A stretch of DNA of 64,000 bases. It comes from Eledone cirrhosa (lineage: Eukaryota). Positions 44,404 through 57,800 of the stretch are shown piece after piece. A program made the position numbers and the translations under genes. Positions within the stretch are counted from its first letter, which is position 1. Each line of letters starts with the position of its first letter. The notes under the pieces were generated by a model. That model did not search any database and was not told the origin of the DNA. It saw only the letters and a program-made list of their open reading frames with translations. The stretch is from positions 2,542,001-2,606,000 of the forward strand of contig OZ024761.1 of assembly GCA_964016885.1 (NCBI GenBank). The letters run 5' to 3'.

Positions 44404-44946
44404 ATATGTATAGAAATTTCGTATTTCTAAAGAAACACGGTTTTAGGCAGCCATAGCTATGCAAACACGGGGGCTAACGCCCTCTGGTGGTGTCCAGCAG
44501 AAGCAAGGGGGACAACTGTCTATGCATTTCAGGCTTGACGCATAGCTACGGCTTCCTAAAACCGTGTTTCTTTAGAAATACGAAATTTCCATACATATTT
44601 GTATAAAGCTATGCCTGAAGCGAAATCCTAATTCTATTCTAAGTTGAGCCAACTTATGCAGCTTCATATGCAAATGAGATTAATCAGCTCATTTACACAG
44701 GCGAGACAACTATATATTCTCGACTGTTTTCAAGTCCAGCAGTCGCAAGAGGTGGGAGGGACCGTCCTGAGGAAGGCCAGACAAGCCTGAAATGCATAGA
44801 CGGTTGCCCCCCTTGCTTCTGCTGGACACCACCAGAGGGCGTTAGCCCCGGTGTTTGCATAGCTACGGCTTCCTAAAACCGTGTTTCTTTAGACATGCGA
44901 AATTTCTATACATATTGTATAAAGCTATGCTTGAAGCGAAATACTA
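44404..44946 (+). mobile_element. Retrozyme-like element C (inverted arm plus partial tandem, ~317 bp period) in (TA)n
   Basis: 44404-44537 is the reverse complement of ~44781-44914. The direct repeat GCATAGCTACGGCTTCCTAAAACC... occurs at 44540 and 44857. Confidence 0.85.
44761..44804 (+). ncRNA. Intact minimal type I hammerhead ribozyme
   Basis: ACCGTC-CTGAGGA-AGGCcagacaaGCCT-GAAA-TGCA-TA-GACGGT. Stem III is palindromic (AUGCAU). Predicted cleavage is after 44798. Confidence 0.9.
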
Positions 44947-44993
44947 TATATATATATATATGTATATGTATATAGTATTTCGCTATATATATA

Positions 44994-45262
44994 TAGTTGT
45001 CCCCCTGCATTCGCGGGGGTTACGTTCCTAGAGCCCCCGCAAAGAGTGAAAAACCGTGAATGTTGGACATGGTCCATAAAAAGGCCTATAAACATCAAAA
45101 TATGACGTAAAAAATATATATTGCCACGAAAAAAGCCTTCGAAAAATCGTGGAAGATATTTACGATTCCGCGAATATGGGGTTGTGTCCATGAGTAATTA
45201 TTAGTGAGGTTCTAAGGAAAATTCCATGAGTAACCGGGACCGCGAAAACTGGGGATACACTA
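44994..45262. mobile_element. Tc1/mariner (pogo/Tigger-like) MITE
   Basis: Imperfect TIRs TAGTTGTCCCCCTGCATTCGCGG and CCGCGAAAACTGGGGATACACTA, in a TA context. Confidence 0.55.
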
Positions 45263-45961
<699 letters not shown>

Positions 45962-46904
45962 TTTCGTTTCTGAATTTGTTTAGCAAGATTCTTTATCTGA
46001 AATCGTGTGTTGAAACCGATATTGTTATACTTTGGGGGGGTCATGTTGCCAATAAGAAACACACGCACCAGTTGCTTTCACTTCAATTTATTATATATTT
46101 ATAAATTTACAAATCTACAAACCCATAAATTTATAAATTTCTGGTTGGTTGGTTGGTTCCACAACCAGATAGTTGTTTATATATAGTCATAGTCCTTTCG
46201 TCACACATTCTGTGACCTCTTCAGTGACTGGGGATTCCTTTCTTTGTTTCTGTGCCTTTCCTTTCTTCTGTCCTACGCCATTTTGTTTCTGTGTGTGTGT
46301 TGTGTGCTCAGTTTGCGCATGCGCCACATCCGGGTGTCTGTGTGTGTTTGTGTTCATTTATCTATTTGTTTATTTATTTACATGTTGTTGGTTGGTTGTT
46401 TGTTCTATGTGTGTGTGTGTTTTCATTTTGTCCTTAATTGTAAGTTGTGATGTTGCTGTTCCACTCATATTTTCTATTTAATTTTGGTTGTAATTCTTTT
46501 ATGCTTACTGCCTCTGTAATTTGCCTAAACATTGCATCTTTTCTGTGTGTGGATTCTATTTTTATTTCTATGTTCTCTAATTTACCCTTGTGTTCTATCT
46601 TAGCATGTTGGTAGAGTACAGATGATTCTTTATTATCTTGAAGGTCTCGCCAGTGTTCATTTATCCGTTCCCCTATACTACGAGCTGTCTCACCTATGTA
46701 CACTATATTTTTGTTTCTACATTGTCCTTCAGTACATCTTATGCTATACACTACATTTCTAGTTTTACAGTTAATTTGGGGGCTTGTTTTACAGGTTATA
46801 CATTTCTTATCTATACATGAGGGTCTTTGGAACGGGTATGTCTTGCTAATAAGTGTTTTTACGGAGGTACCTGGTCTTTCTACTATCTTAATATTGAGTT
46901 TATG
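45962..46904 (-). mobile_element. Inverted 3' segment (pseudo-LTR) of the Penelope-like element: complete GIY-YIG, 3' UTR, hammerhead and probable ORF start
   Basis: 46683-46904 is the reverse complement of 49819-50040. It continues VYSIRC...YIGETARSIGERINEH...RQITEAVSI...LNRKYEW to the stop at 46434. Confidence 0.9.
46185..46229 (-). ncRNA. Minimal hammerhead in the PLE pseudo-LTR
   Basis: Reverse complement: AGTCA-CTGAAGA-G-GTCACAgaatgTGTGAC-GAAA-GGAC-TA-TGACT. Confidence 0.75.
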
Positions 46905-49900
46905 AAGAACAGTACATTACTCAAGAATGTGATAAGCACTTTAACAGGAAACTAAAGTGGCTTAAACAGGCAAAGCTAAATCAGGATACTATAGAGTATA
47001 CCAATAGATATCCCGACAAAATTGACGGTATCAACATGGCCGACACCTCATTATCAGAAGAGTTCAACAACAAAAACACCAACATTTATGGGAACGCAAA
47101 AATAGATAATGATGAAATGTCTGTGTTATGTTTGCGACATTCAAGAAGGTAAATATGATTAGTTGTCTGTCAGAAATAGAAAAATGATTTACAAAACTAC
47201 GCTGGAGCATCAAAAACAAAAGCAACAATATACGCACACACAATACAACACACATCCCAACAACAACAGACACACAGACACAAACAACAATAACAACAAC
47301 ACACACATCAACAACAACAACAATATCAACATACCCAGAAACAACAACAACAGACACGCAGACACAAACAACAATAACAACACACATAACGATAACACAC
47401 ACATCAACAACAACAACAACAATAGCAACATACCCAGAAACAACAACAACAGACACGCAGACACAAACAACAATAACAACACACACAACAACGATAACAC
47501 ACACGGAGACAACAACAACAACAAACATCAACAACAGCACACATCAACAACAGCACACATCAACAACAACAACACACACGCATTAAATGCCTCTCACTAC
47601 CACCACAATCTTAACAAACACACAGACACAGAAAACAGGTAATGACAGTAGCACAGAAATCACAGAAATAAGGGAAAGTAATAGGATTAAAAGGAAAAGG
47701 AGAAGGGAGACTAAGGACAAAGAGAATAACCAAGACGAACACACAGACACACAAAATAGGGTAGATAACAACATTGAGCCAGTGGAAAGTGACAGGAGTA
47801 ATTATGAGAGACATAGAAACAACCATGAGGCTGTTGGTGGAAATAGAAATAGAAACAACGCAACTAACAATAACAATAGCACTAGTACACATAAAGCAGC
47901 AGCCTGGAACTCTCCGTTTTATAATCCCTCCGATAAATCATTCGACCTGCGACGAGTCCACGCCACGACTTTACCATTTAACAAACGCACGCAGTTGCCG
48001 TCGCAGGTCGATGAACAAACAGAAGCACAATTTAGTATAGCTAGATCCGAACTTAGAAATATTATATAACAGTATAGCAAGAAGCATAATAGAATAGAGG
48101 CCCAGCAACTGGGAGAAAAATCTGCAAATGGCTTGCGTAAGCTCATGCAGCGCTCACGTAATGGAGAGATAGCATGCTTTCCAACAGACAAGTCTGGCAG
48201 AATGTCGGTTGACAGCCTGCCAAACTACATTCAGGCAATGCAACCCCACATCACTAACACAAGAGAGGTAACACCACAGGAGCATGAGGATAGAGAAAAA
48301 GCCCTCAATGCCCATATGGTGATGTGGACGAATATAATGCAGCCCAACAAAAGGACTGCCAACAACTTCCAGGCCTGGAACAATGACGTGCCGGCGTTGT
48401 ATGGGCTTCGAAAAGACCATAAAACGGGCTGTGACCCTGTCGCGGGACCACCAACACGGCCAGTCTGTGGAGCTAACATTGCTAGTAACTACAGACTGTC
48501 CTACTTCCTCTCCCTGATCATACGCCCCATCATTGAGATGTCCCCAGATGTATGTGACAGCACGGAGGACCTTCTCAGCAGAATCGGCGTGGGTAACCGA
48601 TCTGGGGACCTAATAAACTGCATAATAGGCAGTATGGATGTTGTGTCCCTGTATCCATCTATTGACGTGGATTTTGCTGTGGAGAAATGCGTAGAAATGA
48701 TCAGCGAGAGCAAGGTTGAGTTCTGTGGGATTGATACCAGTGAGCTGGGACTTCTACTTAAGCTTACCCATAGTAATAGTTACCTAAACACTTATGACCT
48801 TAGCAACCTGTGCCCTACAAGACCAGCAAGAGGCAGACCACCTACCATTACCTCAATGGCCAAGAAAACCCACACAGATAGATGGAACGGGTGGACCAGA
48901 GCCATACGGACACCCGAAAACCACGATGAACTGAAGAAAATGATTGCACATGCGGTAGGGGCCAGCATAAAATTAACCCTTAAGGAACATATGTTCAAAT
49001 TTAATGGAAAAACATATGCCCAAGAGGAAGGAGCAGCCATTGGTGTTAGCATTGCAGGCGACATAGCTAACTTATTCATGGTATGGTGGGACAGTAGACT
49101 TAAACTTAAACTTAAAGAACAATTAGAAGACAGCTTAACCCTGATAATGTACTCCCGCTACGTAGATGATATAAACATCGTAGTTAAGACACCCCCACTA
49201 GAGAACAGTCAGGAACTAGAGAAAAACACAATGGAAAGCATCCAGCAAATAGCAAACTCCATCCACCAGAGCATTAGAGTTACTATAGACTACCCAAGTA
49301 GACACCCCAACCATCGATTACCTGTACTAGACACAGAGCTCTGGTTAGATACCATTAATAACAAAAAACAAATCCTCCATTCCCATTATGCCAAACCCAT
49401 GACTTCCAAACATCTGATCCATCGAAACTCGGCCATTTCGGACCATACCAAAATCAACATACTGATTGCGGATTTGGTACGGGTGATGAGAAATGTGTCC
49501 CGCATGTGCAACCCCGAAGAACTAGAGAGACACATACAACACTTCATCCACCGTATGCAGTTCTCTGGCTACAATCAGAGAGATAGAATCAGAGTGTATA
49601 GAGGAGCCAGAACCAAATGGGAAAAAATGGTAAATAATGACATAAATGGGACCTGCCCCTTGTATAGGAGCAAATTTTGGAATAGAATAGAAAGAACTAG
49701 GAACAAGGCCAATAGAATAAACTCATGGTATGATATCAATAAATACCAGAGTGTAATGTTCATCAATACAACCCCTAGAGGCGAACTAGCCTACAAACTT
49801 AGAAGGGCCCTAAATAAACATAAACTCAATATTAAGATAGTAGAAAGACCAGGTACCTCCGTAAAAACACTTATTAGCAAGACATACCCGTTCCAAAGAC

Positions 49901-50040
49901 CCTCATGTATAGATAAGAAATGTATAACCTGTAAAACAAGCCCCCATATTAACTGTAAAACTAGAAATGTAGTGTATAGCATAAGATGTATTGAAGGACA
50001 ATGTAGAAACAAAAATATAGTGTACATAGGTGAGACAGCT
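46905..50040 (+). mobile_element. Penelope-like retroelement (Neptune-like), 5'-truncated and disrupted; RT plus partial GIY-YIG
   Basis: ORF 48133-50055 has TDKSG, LYGLRKDHK, RPVC, SMDVVSLYPSI, QEEGAAIG, RYVDD, a Cys-rich linker (CIDKKCITC) and VYSIRC...YIGET. The frame continues upstream through TAA 48067-48069. The further N-terminal part is frameshifted, with an Asn/Thr-rich insert. Confidence 0.92.
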
Positions 50041-50261
50041 GGAAGGAGTGTTTGAGGTTTCTGCGCCCCACGACCAGTGAGGTCACCTAGAGATGGCTGC
50101 TTATGACATGGACCAGCTGGAAGGAGTGTTTGAGGTCTCTGCGCCCCCACGACCCTCTGAGGTCACCTAGAGATGGTTGCTTCTGACAGGACCAGCTGGA
50201 AGGAGTGTTTGAGGTATCTGCCCCCACGGCCCTCTCAGGAATAAGTGGACCAAGAAGAAGA
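50036..50261 (+). mobile_element. Triplicated 3' end of the RTE LINE family seen at 40545-40633
   Basis: CAGCTGGAAGGAGTGTTTGAGG occurs three times at an ~80 bp period and ends CCCTCTCAGGAATAAGTGGACCAAGAAG, as at 40563-40632. Confidence 0.8.
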
Positions 50262-50593
50262 ACTGTAAGAAATGTCAACGCCTAAAGCCGCAAAGCAGCC
50301 TGTCTCCCTGTCATGGCCGCCTTTTCCTTAATAAAACGTAAACAACCCGTCCTTTGGTAGTTGCGTTGGAAGATTGTTGTTGGCATTGATGTTTAATTAA
50401 TCAATATGTGTGTAAATGATTAGGATGAATCTGATGAGAGACTCATTTGCAATGGAAGTATCTTGATACAATTTCTCATCTGTTTGCGTTTAGTTAAAGC
50501 CAGCTGAGGGTGGCCATTAAACTGGACAACTTAAGTAGCTGCCTCACCAAATAATGCCTTAATTAGTAAACCTCTATTCTCAAGACATCTCAT

Positions 50594-50796
50594 GACATAC
50601 ACACACACATACATACACGTACATACACACATACATACATACACGTACATACCTACACATACATACACGTACATAGCTACACATACATACACGTGCATAC
50701 ATATGTATATACACGTACATCCACACAGACATACACACTCTATTTCTCTCTCTCTATATATATATAATCTATGTGTGTATATATATATATATAATG

Positions 50797-50828
<32 letters not shown>

Positions 50829-50902
50829 ATGTATGTATATATAATGTATGTATATATGTATGTATATATATAATGTATGTATATATATATATATATATAA
50901 TG

Positions 50903-50956
<54 letters not shown>

Positions 50957-50983
50957 GTATGTGTGTGTGTATATATATATATT

Positions 50984-51020
<37 letters not shown>
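50594..51020. repeat. (CA)/(TA) microsatellites
   Basis: Directly visible. Confidence 0.9.
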
Positions 51021-51023
<3 letters not shown>

Positions 51024-51329
51024 GCTCTCTAGACAAAGGGAAGTAGGAGTTACTTCCCGTAGAATCCTAGAGTATTCCTTGAACTTCCGTTCTAGGAATT
51101 ATAAAGGAGGGAGGAAAGAGCCATCTCTCTCTTTGGCGACAGGCTCTTGAACTGTTCACACACGAGCGCAAATACACACAAGTTTTTCTATATCTGTTAT
51201 CTAATTAAATTAATGGTTGGCCTACAATGGTGTTTACTGAAGTAAATAACCCTGTGACCAACTCACTAAATATATATTGTATGTGTATATATATATATAT
51301 ATATAATTGAAAAAGTATATATATATAAT

Positions 51330-51570
51330 TGAAAAAGTGGAGAATAACATGATCAACAGTACAAAAAAGGGGATTTATTTGCAGTCTAAGAATTGTTTCA
51401 CTGATTTTTTTTAATTTTATTACTCAAAGATAAACTTACATAGGAATACAAGTGAAATCATAAACTCGTCATCTACGTAAACCTCTTGTTGAGTCAAGCA
51501 ACGCCGTACGCTAAAACTATCCATAATAAGAAGTATTCACAACCTCTGATTGGATTACCTATAACGATAT
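51330..51570. mobile_element. Rearranged copy of the 38803-39165 repeat (one direct and one inverted piece)
   Basis: 51330-51405 matches 38962-39036. 51418-51570 matches the reverse complement of 38815-38958. Confidence 0.7.
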
Positions 51571-51580
51571 ATATATATAT

Positions 51581-51766
51581 AATTGTTTCTACTTTTGGCA
51601 CAAGGCCAGCAATTATCCCAGTGTATTACTGGTACTTTATTTTATCGACCTCGTAAGGATGAAAGGCAAATAACCTTGGCGGGATTTGAAATCAGATCAT
51701 AAAGGGCCGTAACTCTTTGCTGCAAAGCATGGCGTCCGACCCTCTACCGATACTACCAATCCACCG

Positions 51767-51769
<3 letters not shown>
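51581..51769 (-). mobile_element. SINE copy
   Basis: Same family as 8545-8760. Confidence 0.88.
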
Positions 51770-51811
<42 letters not shown>

Positions 51812-51817
51812 TATATA

Positions 51818-52038
<221 letters not shown>

Positions 52039-52044
52039 ATTATA

Positions 52045-52077
<33 letters not shown>

Positions 52078-52078
52078 G

Positions 52079-52962
52079 TTGAAGTTTTTCCAAATTGAAG
52101 GATGAGTATTTTAGACTTTATCTTATCATGAGTTAAGGCTCTATTGATTTTTCCCTGGATTTCACTAAATTCTGTGGATGAATTTATATCCTGATTCTCT
52201 TTTGAGATGAGTTTGAATTATTTTTCCCACATCTTACGTTAACTATTTTTCCCATTTTGACGTTATAGTCGCATATATGTTATGGAATACTGTTAGCTTC
52301 TCGCTACAACAATTTCTATACCTTTCATTTATATATTTATACTCGGATTTTTTTCCTAGAGTGCTTAAATTATTTGCGACTAATCCCGGTTTTTTTTTAT
52401 AAAAACTGCGATAATATTGCTTTTTGCTGAACTCCTTTTGTAGAGTTTTTTTCGGAATGTTTTTGACTGTTGTTTCTTGTAAACAAACATTCGCCTCATT
52501 CTGACGTCACTAGCTCTGTTTTTCCTCATGTGCGTTTTTCATAATCACGCATGATGGTGAACTAGCCAGTTTTAAAATTCCCTTTTTGACATATAAATCT
52601 GTGAGAGTCCTGGTTATCGAGTTGAGCTCTGCTGACGATTGAAATCCAGCCGTGACCATCTCCACTGAAAGTTTTCATGAAATAGTCTTTAAGACTATAC
52701 AGAGCATTTGAAGTTTTTTCAAATTGAAGGATGAGTATTTTAGACTTTATTTTATCATGAGTTAAGGCTCTATTGATTTTCCCTGGATTTCACTAAATTC
52801 TGTGGATGAATTTATATCCTGATTCTCTTTGAGATGAATTTGAATTATTTTTCCCACATCCTACGTTAACTATTTTTCCCATTTTGACGCTATAGTCGCA
52901 TATATGTTATGGAATACTGTTAGCTTCTCGCTACAACAATTTCTATACCTTTCATTTATATA
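52079..52962 (+). mobile_element. Retrozyme-like element D (partial tandem, ~629 bp period) between (TA)n tracts
   Basis: Direct repeats at 52079-52337 and 52708-52962. An intact hammerhead lies just before the second repeat. Confidence 0.85.
52626..52705 (+). ncRNA. Type I hammerhead ribozyme with intact core
   Basis: GCTCTG-CTGACGA-TTGAAA..loop..TTTCAT-GAAA-TAGTCTttaAGACTA-TA-CAGAGC. Confidence 0.85.
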
Positions 52963-52980
52963 TATATATATATATATATA

Positions 52981-53460
52981 TTGGTAAACGGAATAGAAAA
53001 TGCTGACAAATTGTTCACAGTTGAAATATGGTTTAATTAGGGAAAGAGTATTAGTAATTGTATGGGTTAGTATTCAGTTGTGGTTTTAAGTTTTTAAGTT
53101 TTTACCGGTTGCGCATTTCTAAATGCTTTTCAAAAATAATTTTGAGTGTCCGTGTTGTTTGCTCTGATCTGATTAGTTTTGGGAATTCTACCTGTTTTTA
53201 TGTTAAAAAAGTGGCTCCAGCGCTACTTTGGTGTTGCAAAAATTCTTGTGGTCAAAACAATTTTGATTGGTCGGTAGAGGTCATGTGAATGTAAAAAGTT
53301 GATTTTGCGCCAAGACAGTTTTTATGTTAAAAAAGTGGCTCCAGCGCTACTTGGTGTTGCAAAAATTCTTGTGGTCAAAACAATTTTGATTGGTCGGTAG
53401 AGGTTATGTGAATAAAAAATTGATTTTGCGCCAAGACTGAGAAATGACTCTTTCACAACA
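52981..53460 (-). mobile_element. Dispersed repeat next to (TA)n with a hammerhead-like motif; internal ~125-bp tandem duplication
   Basis: Homologous to 61025-61208. The duplication is at 53194-53316 and 53319-53437. Confidence 0.7.
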
Positions 53461-53650
53461 AATATGTGTGTGTGTGTGTGTGTGTGTAGTAGTAGTAGTA
53501 AAGTGTTCGATGTTGTGATAATGGTTAGCAGGGATGTGTGTCAAATGGCTATTATATATATATAGTAAAAAATTGAACGGGAACAAAACAGAGAGGCAGT
53601 ACGAACAAAGGTTTATTAGTTTCACGCTCTTGAGAGTGGGGTGGTGGTGG

Positions 53651-53688
53651 GGATCGACGTTACGGGCATAAGCCCTTCTTCAGGTGAA
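53651..53688 (-). ncRNA. Degenerate minimal hammerhead
   Basis: Reverse complement: CTGAAGA-AGGGCttatGCCC-GTAA-CG-TC-GATCC. GAAA has become GTAA and stem I is weak. Confidence 0.5.
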
Positions 53689-53926
53689 AAGTGTGTGGGA
53701 AGAGAGTTCCAAGGGCGTGTAGGCGAGTGGTGGAGAGACATATAGAAAAAGGGGGTGAGAGGAAACGGTACAAATGAAATTAAATATAAAAGCATAATAA
53801 AAATAAAAATAAACATGTAGTAAAACAGGTGGTGTAAGGGTGTGGGGCGTGTAGGGGTGGTGGAGTGTGGAGAGGGAGGCGGGGTGTCCGAGCGGGGAGG
53901 GCTGAAGGTGGTGTGTGTGTAGGTGT

Positions 53927-53995
<69 letters not shown>

Positions 53996-54842
53996 AAAGT
54001 AAGAGTTGGGGGAAGAACGGGGTTGCATGTTCAGGAAAAGGTTGTGTGTGTGCGTGTGTGGATGGGGAGGGGTCAGAAAGGTGGGGAAGAGGATTCCGGA
54101 GGCTGAGTGTGTAAATATGTGGTGGTACGCACGTGTGTGTGGTGTTTATACGTGTTGTGGATGTAGGTGGCGTGTGGGAAAAAATTTTTTTTGAGTGTAT
54201 GTCAGTGGGTGAGTCCTTAAGGTAGTTCCGTAGAGGATGTGGTGGAATGCTGGGTAATATCCTTGGGATGTGGTTGATTCTTGGGAGCGATGTCCAATGT
54301 GTGTAATCCGTGGTTGGGTTGGTCGGAAGAGGGGAGATGTGGGGTGTGCGCGCAACAGGAAGTGGTCAGAGGGTCAAGGCAGGAGGAGGGTTGTGTGTCT
54401 GTGTATGCGGGGAGGTGGTCAGAGATAAGGGCATAGCAGCAGTCGGGTAGAATGGTAAGTGAAGAAAGTCGGTGTGTCAGTGTGTGCGGAGGTGCGGTGG
54501 ACAGGGGAGAGGATGGGTAGGTGTGAAAGTTGGAGTGAGGAGGGTGTGTGTGTGTATTAGTAGACGTGTTAGTGAGATGTGCGTGTGTGTGAGAAAGGGT
54601 GTGGGTGGAGCGGGGAGAGAAGAGTGTGGGGGCCGGTGGAGGGAGTGTAGTGTACTGATGTGTGTGTGCGTGTTTGGATGAGTGTGTGTGTGGTGAAGGG
54701 GGTGTTAGTGGGTGTTAGTATACTGGTGGTGGGGAAAGGGTTGAATGCGGGTGTTAGTGGGGGTCAGTGGTGGTAGGGTGCGTAGAGTGGGTGGTGTAAG
54801 TGGGTGTGTGTGTTCGTGTGCGTAGGGTAGGAGGGTGTTAGG

Positions 54843-57800
54843 GACAGGCACACACAGACAGGCACACACACAGACAGGCACACACACAGACAGGCACACA
54901 CAGACAGGCACACACAGACAGACACACACACACAGACAGGCACACACAGAGACAGGCACACACAGACAGGCACACACAGACAGGCACACACACAGACAGG
55001 CAGACACACAGACAGGGACACACAGACAGGCACACACAGACAGGCACACACAGAGACCCGCACACACACACAGACAGGCACACACACAGACAGGCACACA
55101 CACAGCCAGGCACACACAGACAGGCACACACAGACAGACACACACACACAGACAGGCACACACACAGACAGGCACACACAGACAGGCACACACAGACAGG
55201 CACGCACAGACAGGCACACACAGACAGACACACACACACAGACAGGCACACACAGAGACAGGCACACACAGACAGGCACACACAGACAGGCACACACAGA
55301 CAGGCACACACACAGACAGGTACACACACCGACAGGCACACACACAGACAGGCACACACACAGACAGGTACACACACCGACAGGCACACACACAGACAGA
55401 CACACACACAGACAGGCACACACACAGACAGGCACACACAGACAGGCACACACAGACAGGCACACACAGACAGGCACACACAGACAGGCACACACACCGA
55501 CAGGCACACACACAGACAGGCACACACACAGACAGGCACACACAGACAGGCACACACACAGACAGGCACACACAGACAAGCACACACAGACAGGTACACA
55601 CACCGACAGGCACACACACACAGACAGGCACACACACAGACAGGTACACACACCGACAGGCACACACACAGACAGGCACACACAGACAGGCACACACATA
55701 CAGGCACACACACAGACAGGCACACACAGACAGGCACACACAGACAGGCACACACAGACAGGCACACACAGACAGGCACACACAGACAAGCACACACAGA
55801 CAGGCACACACAGACAGGCACATACACAGACAGGTACACACACCGACAGGCACACACACAGACAGACACACACACAGACAGGCACACACACAGACAGGCA
55901 CACACACAGACAGGCACACACACAGACAGGCACACACAGACAGGCACACACAGACAGGCACACACAGACAGGCACACACAGACAGGCACACACCGACAGG
56001 CACACACACAGACAGACACACACACAGACAGGCACACACACAGACAGGCACACACAGACAGGCACACACAGACAGGCACACACACAGACAGGCACACACA
56101 GACAGGCACACACAGACAGACACACACACACAGACAGGCACACACACAGACAGGCACACACAGACAGGCACACACAGACAGGCACACACAGACAGGCACA
56201 CACAGACAGACACACACACACAGACAGGCACACACACAGACAGGCACACACAGAGACAGGCACACACAGACAGGCACACACACAGACAGGCACACACACA
56301 GACAGGCACACACAGACAGGCACACACAGACAGGCACACACAGACAGGCACACACAGAGACCCGCACACACACACAGACAGACACATACACACAGACAGG
56401 CACACACAGACAGGCACACACACAGACAGGCACACACAGACAGGCACACACAGACAGGCACTCACAGACAGACACACACACAGACAGGCACACACACAGA
56501 CAGGCACACACACAGACAGGCACACACACAGACAGGCACACACAGACAGGCACACACAGACAGGCACACACAGACAGGCACACACAGACAGGCACACACA
56601 CAGACAGGTACACACACCGACAGGCACACACACAGACAGGCACACACACAGACAGGTACACACACCGACAGGCACACACACAGACAGACACACACACAGA
56701 CAGGCACACACACAGACAGGCACACACAGACAGGCACACACAGACAGGCACACACAGACAGGCACACACACACAGACAGGTACACACACCGACAGGTACA
56801 CACACAGACAGGCACACACACAGACAGGCACACACAGACAGGCACACACAGACAGGCACACACAGACAGGCACACACAGACAGGCACACACAGACAGGCA
56901 CACACAGACAGGCACACACAGACAGGCACACACAGACAGGCACACACACAGACAGGTACACACACCGACAGGTACACACACCGACAGGCACACACACAGA
57001 CAGGCACACACACAGACAGGCACACACAGACAGGCACACACACAGACAGGTACACACACCGACAGGCACACACACAGACAGACACACACACAGACAGGCA
57101 CACACACAGACAGGCACACACAGACAGGCACACACAGACAGGCACACACAGACAGGCACACACAGACAGGCACACACACACAGACAGGTACACACACCGA
57201 CAGGCACACACACAGACAGACACACACACAGACAGGCACACACACAGACAGGCACACACAGACAGGCACACACAGACAGGCACACACAGACAGGCACACA
57301 CACACAGACAGGTACACACACCGACAGGTACACACACAGACAGGCACACACACAGACAGGCACACACAGACAGGCACACACAGACAGGCACACACAGACA
57401 GGCACACACAGACAGGCACACACACACAGACAGGCACACACAGACAGGCACACACAGACAGGCACACACAGACAGGCACACACAGACAGGCACACACAGA
57501 CAGGCACACACAGACAGGCACACACACAGACAGGTACACACACCGACAGGTACACACACCGACAGGCACACACACAGACAGGCACACACACAGACAGGCA
57601 CACACAGACAGGCACACACACAGACAGGTACACACACCGACAGGCACACACACAGACAGACACACACACAGACAGGCACACACACAGACAGGCACACACA
57701 GACAGGCACACACAGACAGGCACACACAGACAGGCACACACAGACAGGCACACACACACAGACAGGTACACACACCGACAGGTACACACACAGAAAGGCA

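Noticed and set aside
47140-48069. Selenocysteine or readthrough recoding in the PLE
   Set aside because: The main in-frame stop is TAA. The single TGA near 47185 lies in a frameshifted, decayed region. The Naiad-like fragments show no in-frame TGA, and I saw no SECIS.
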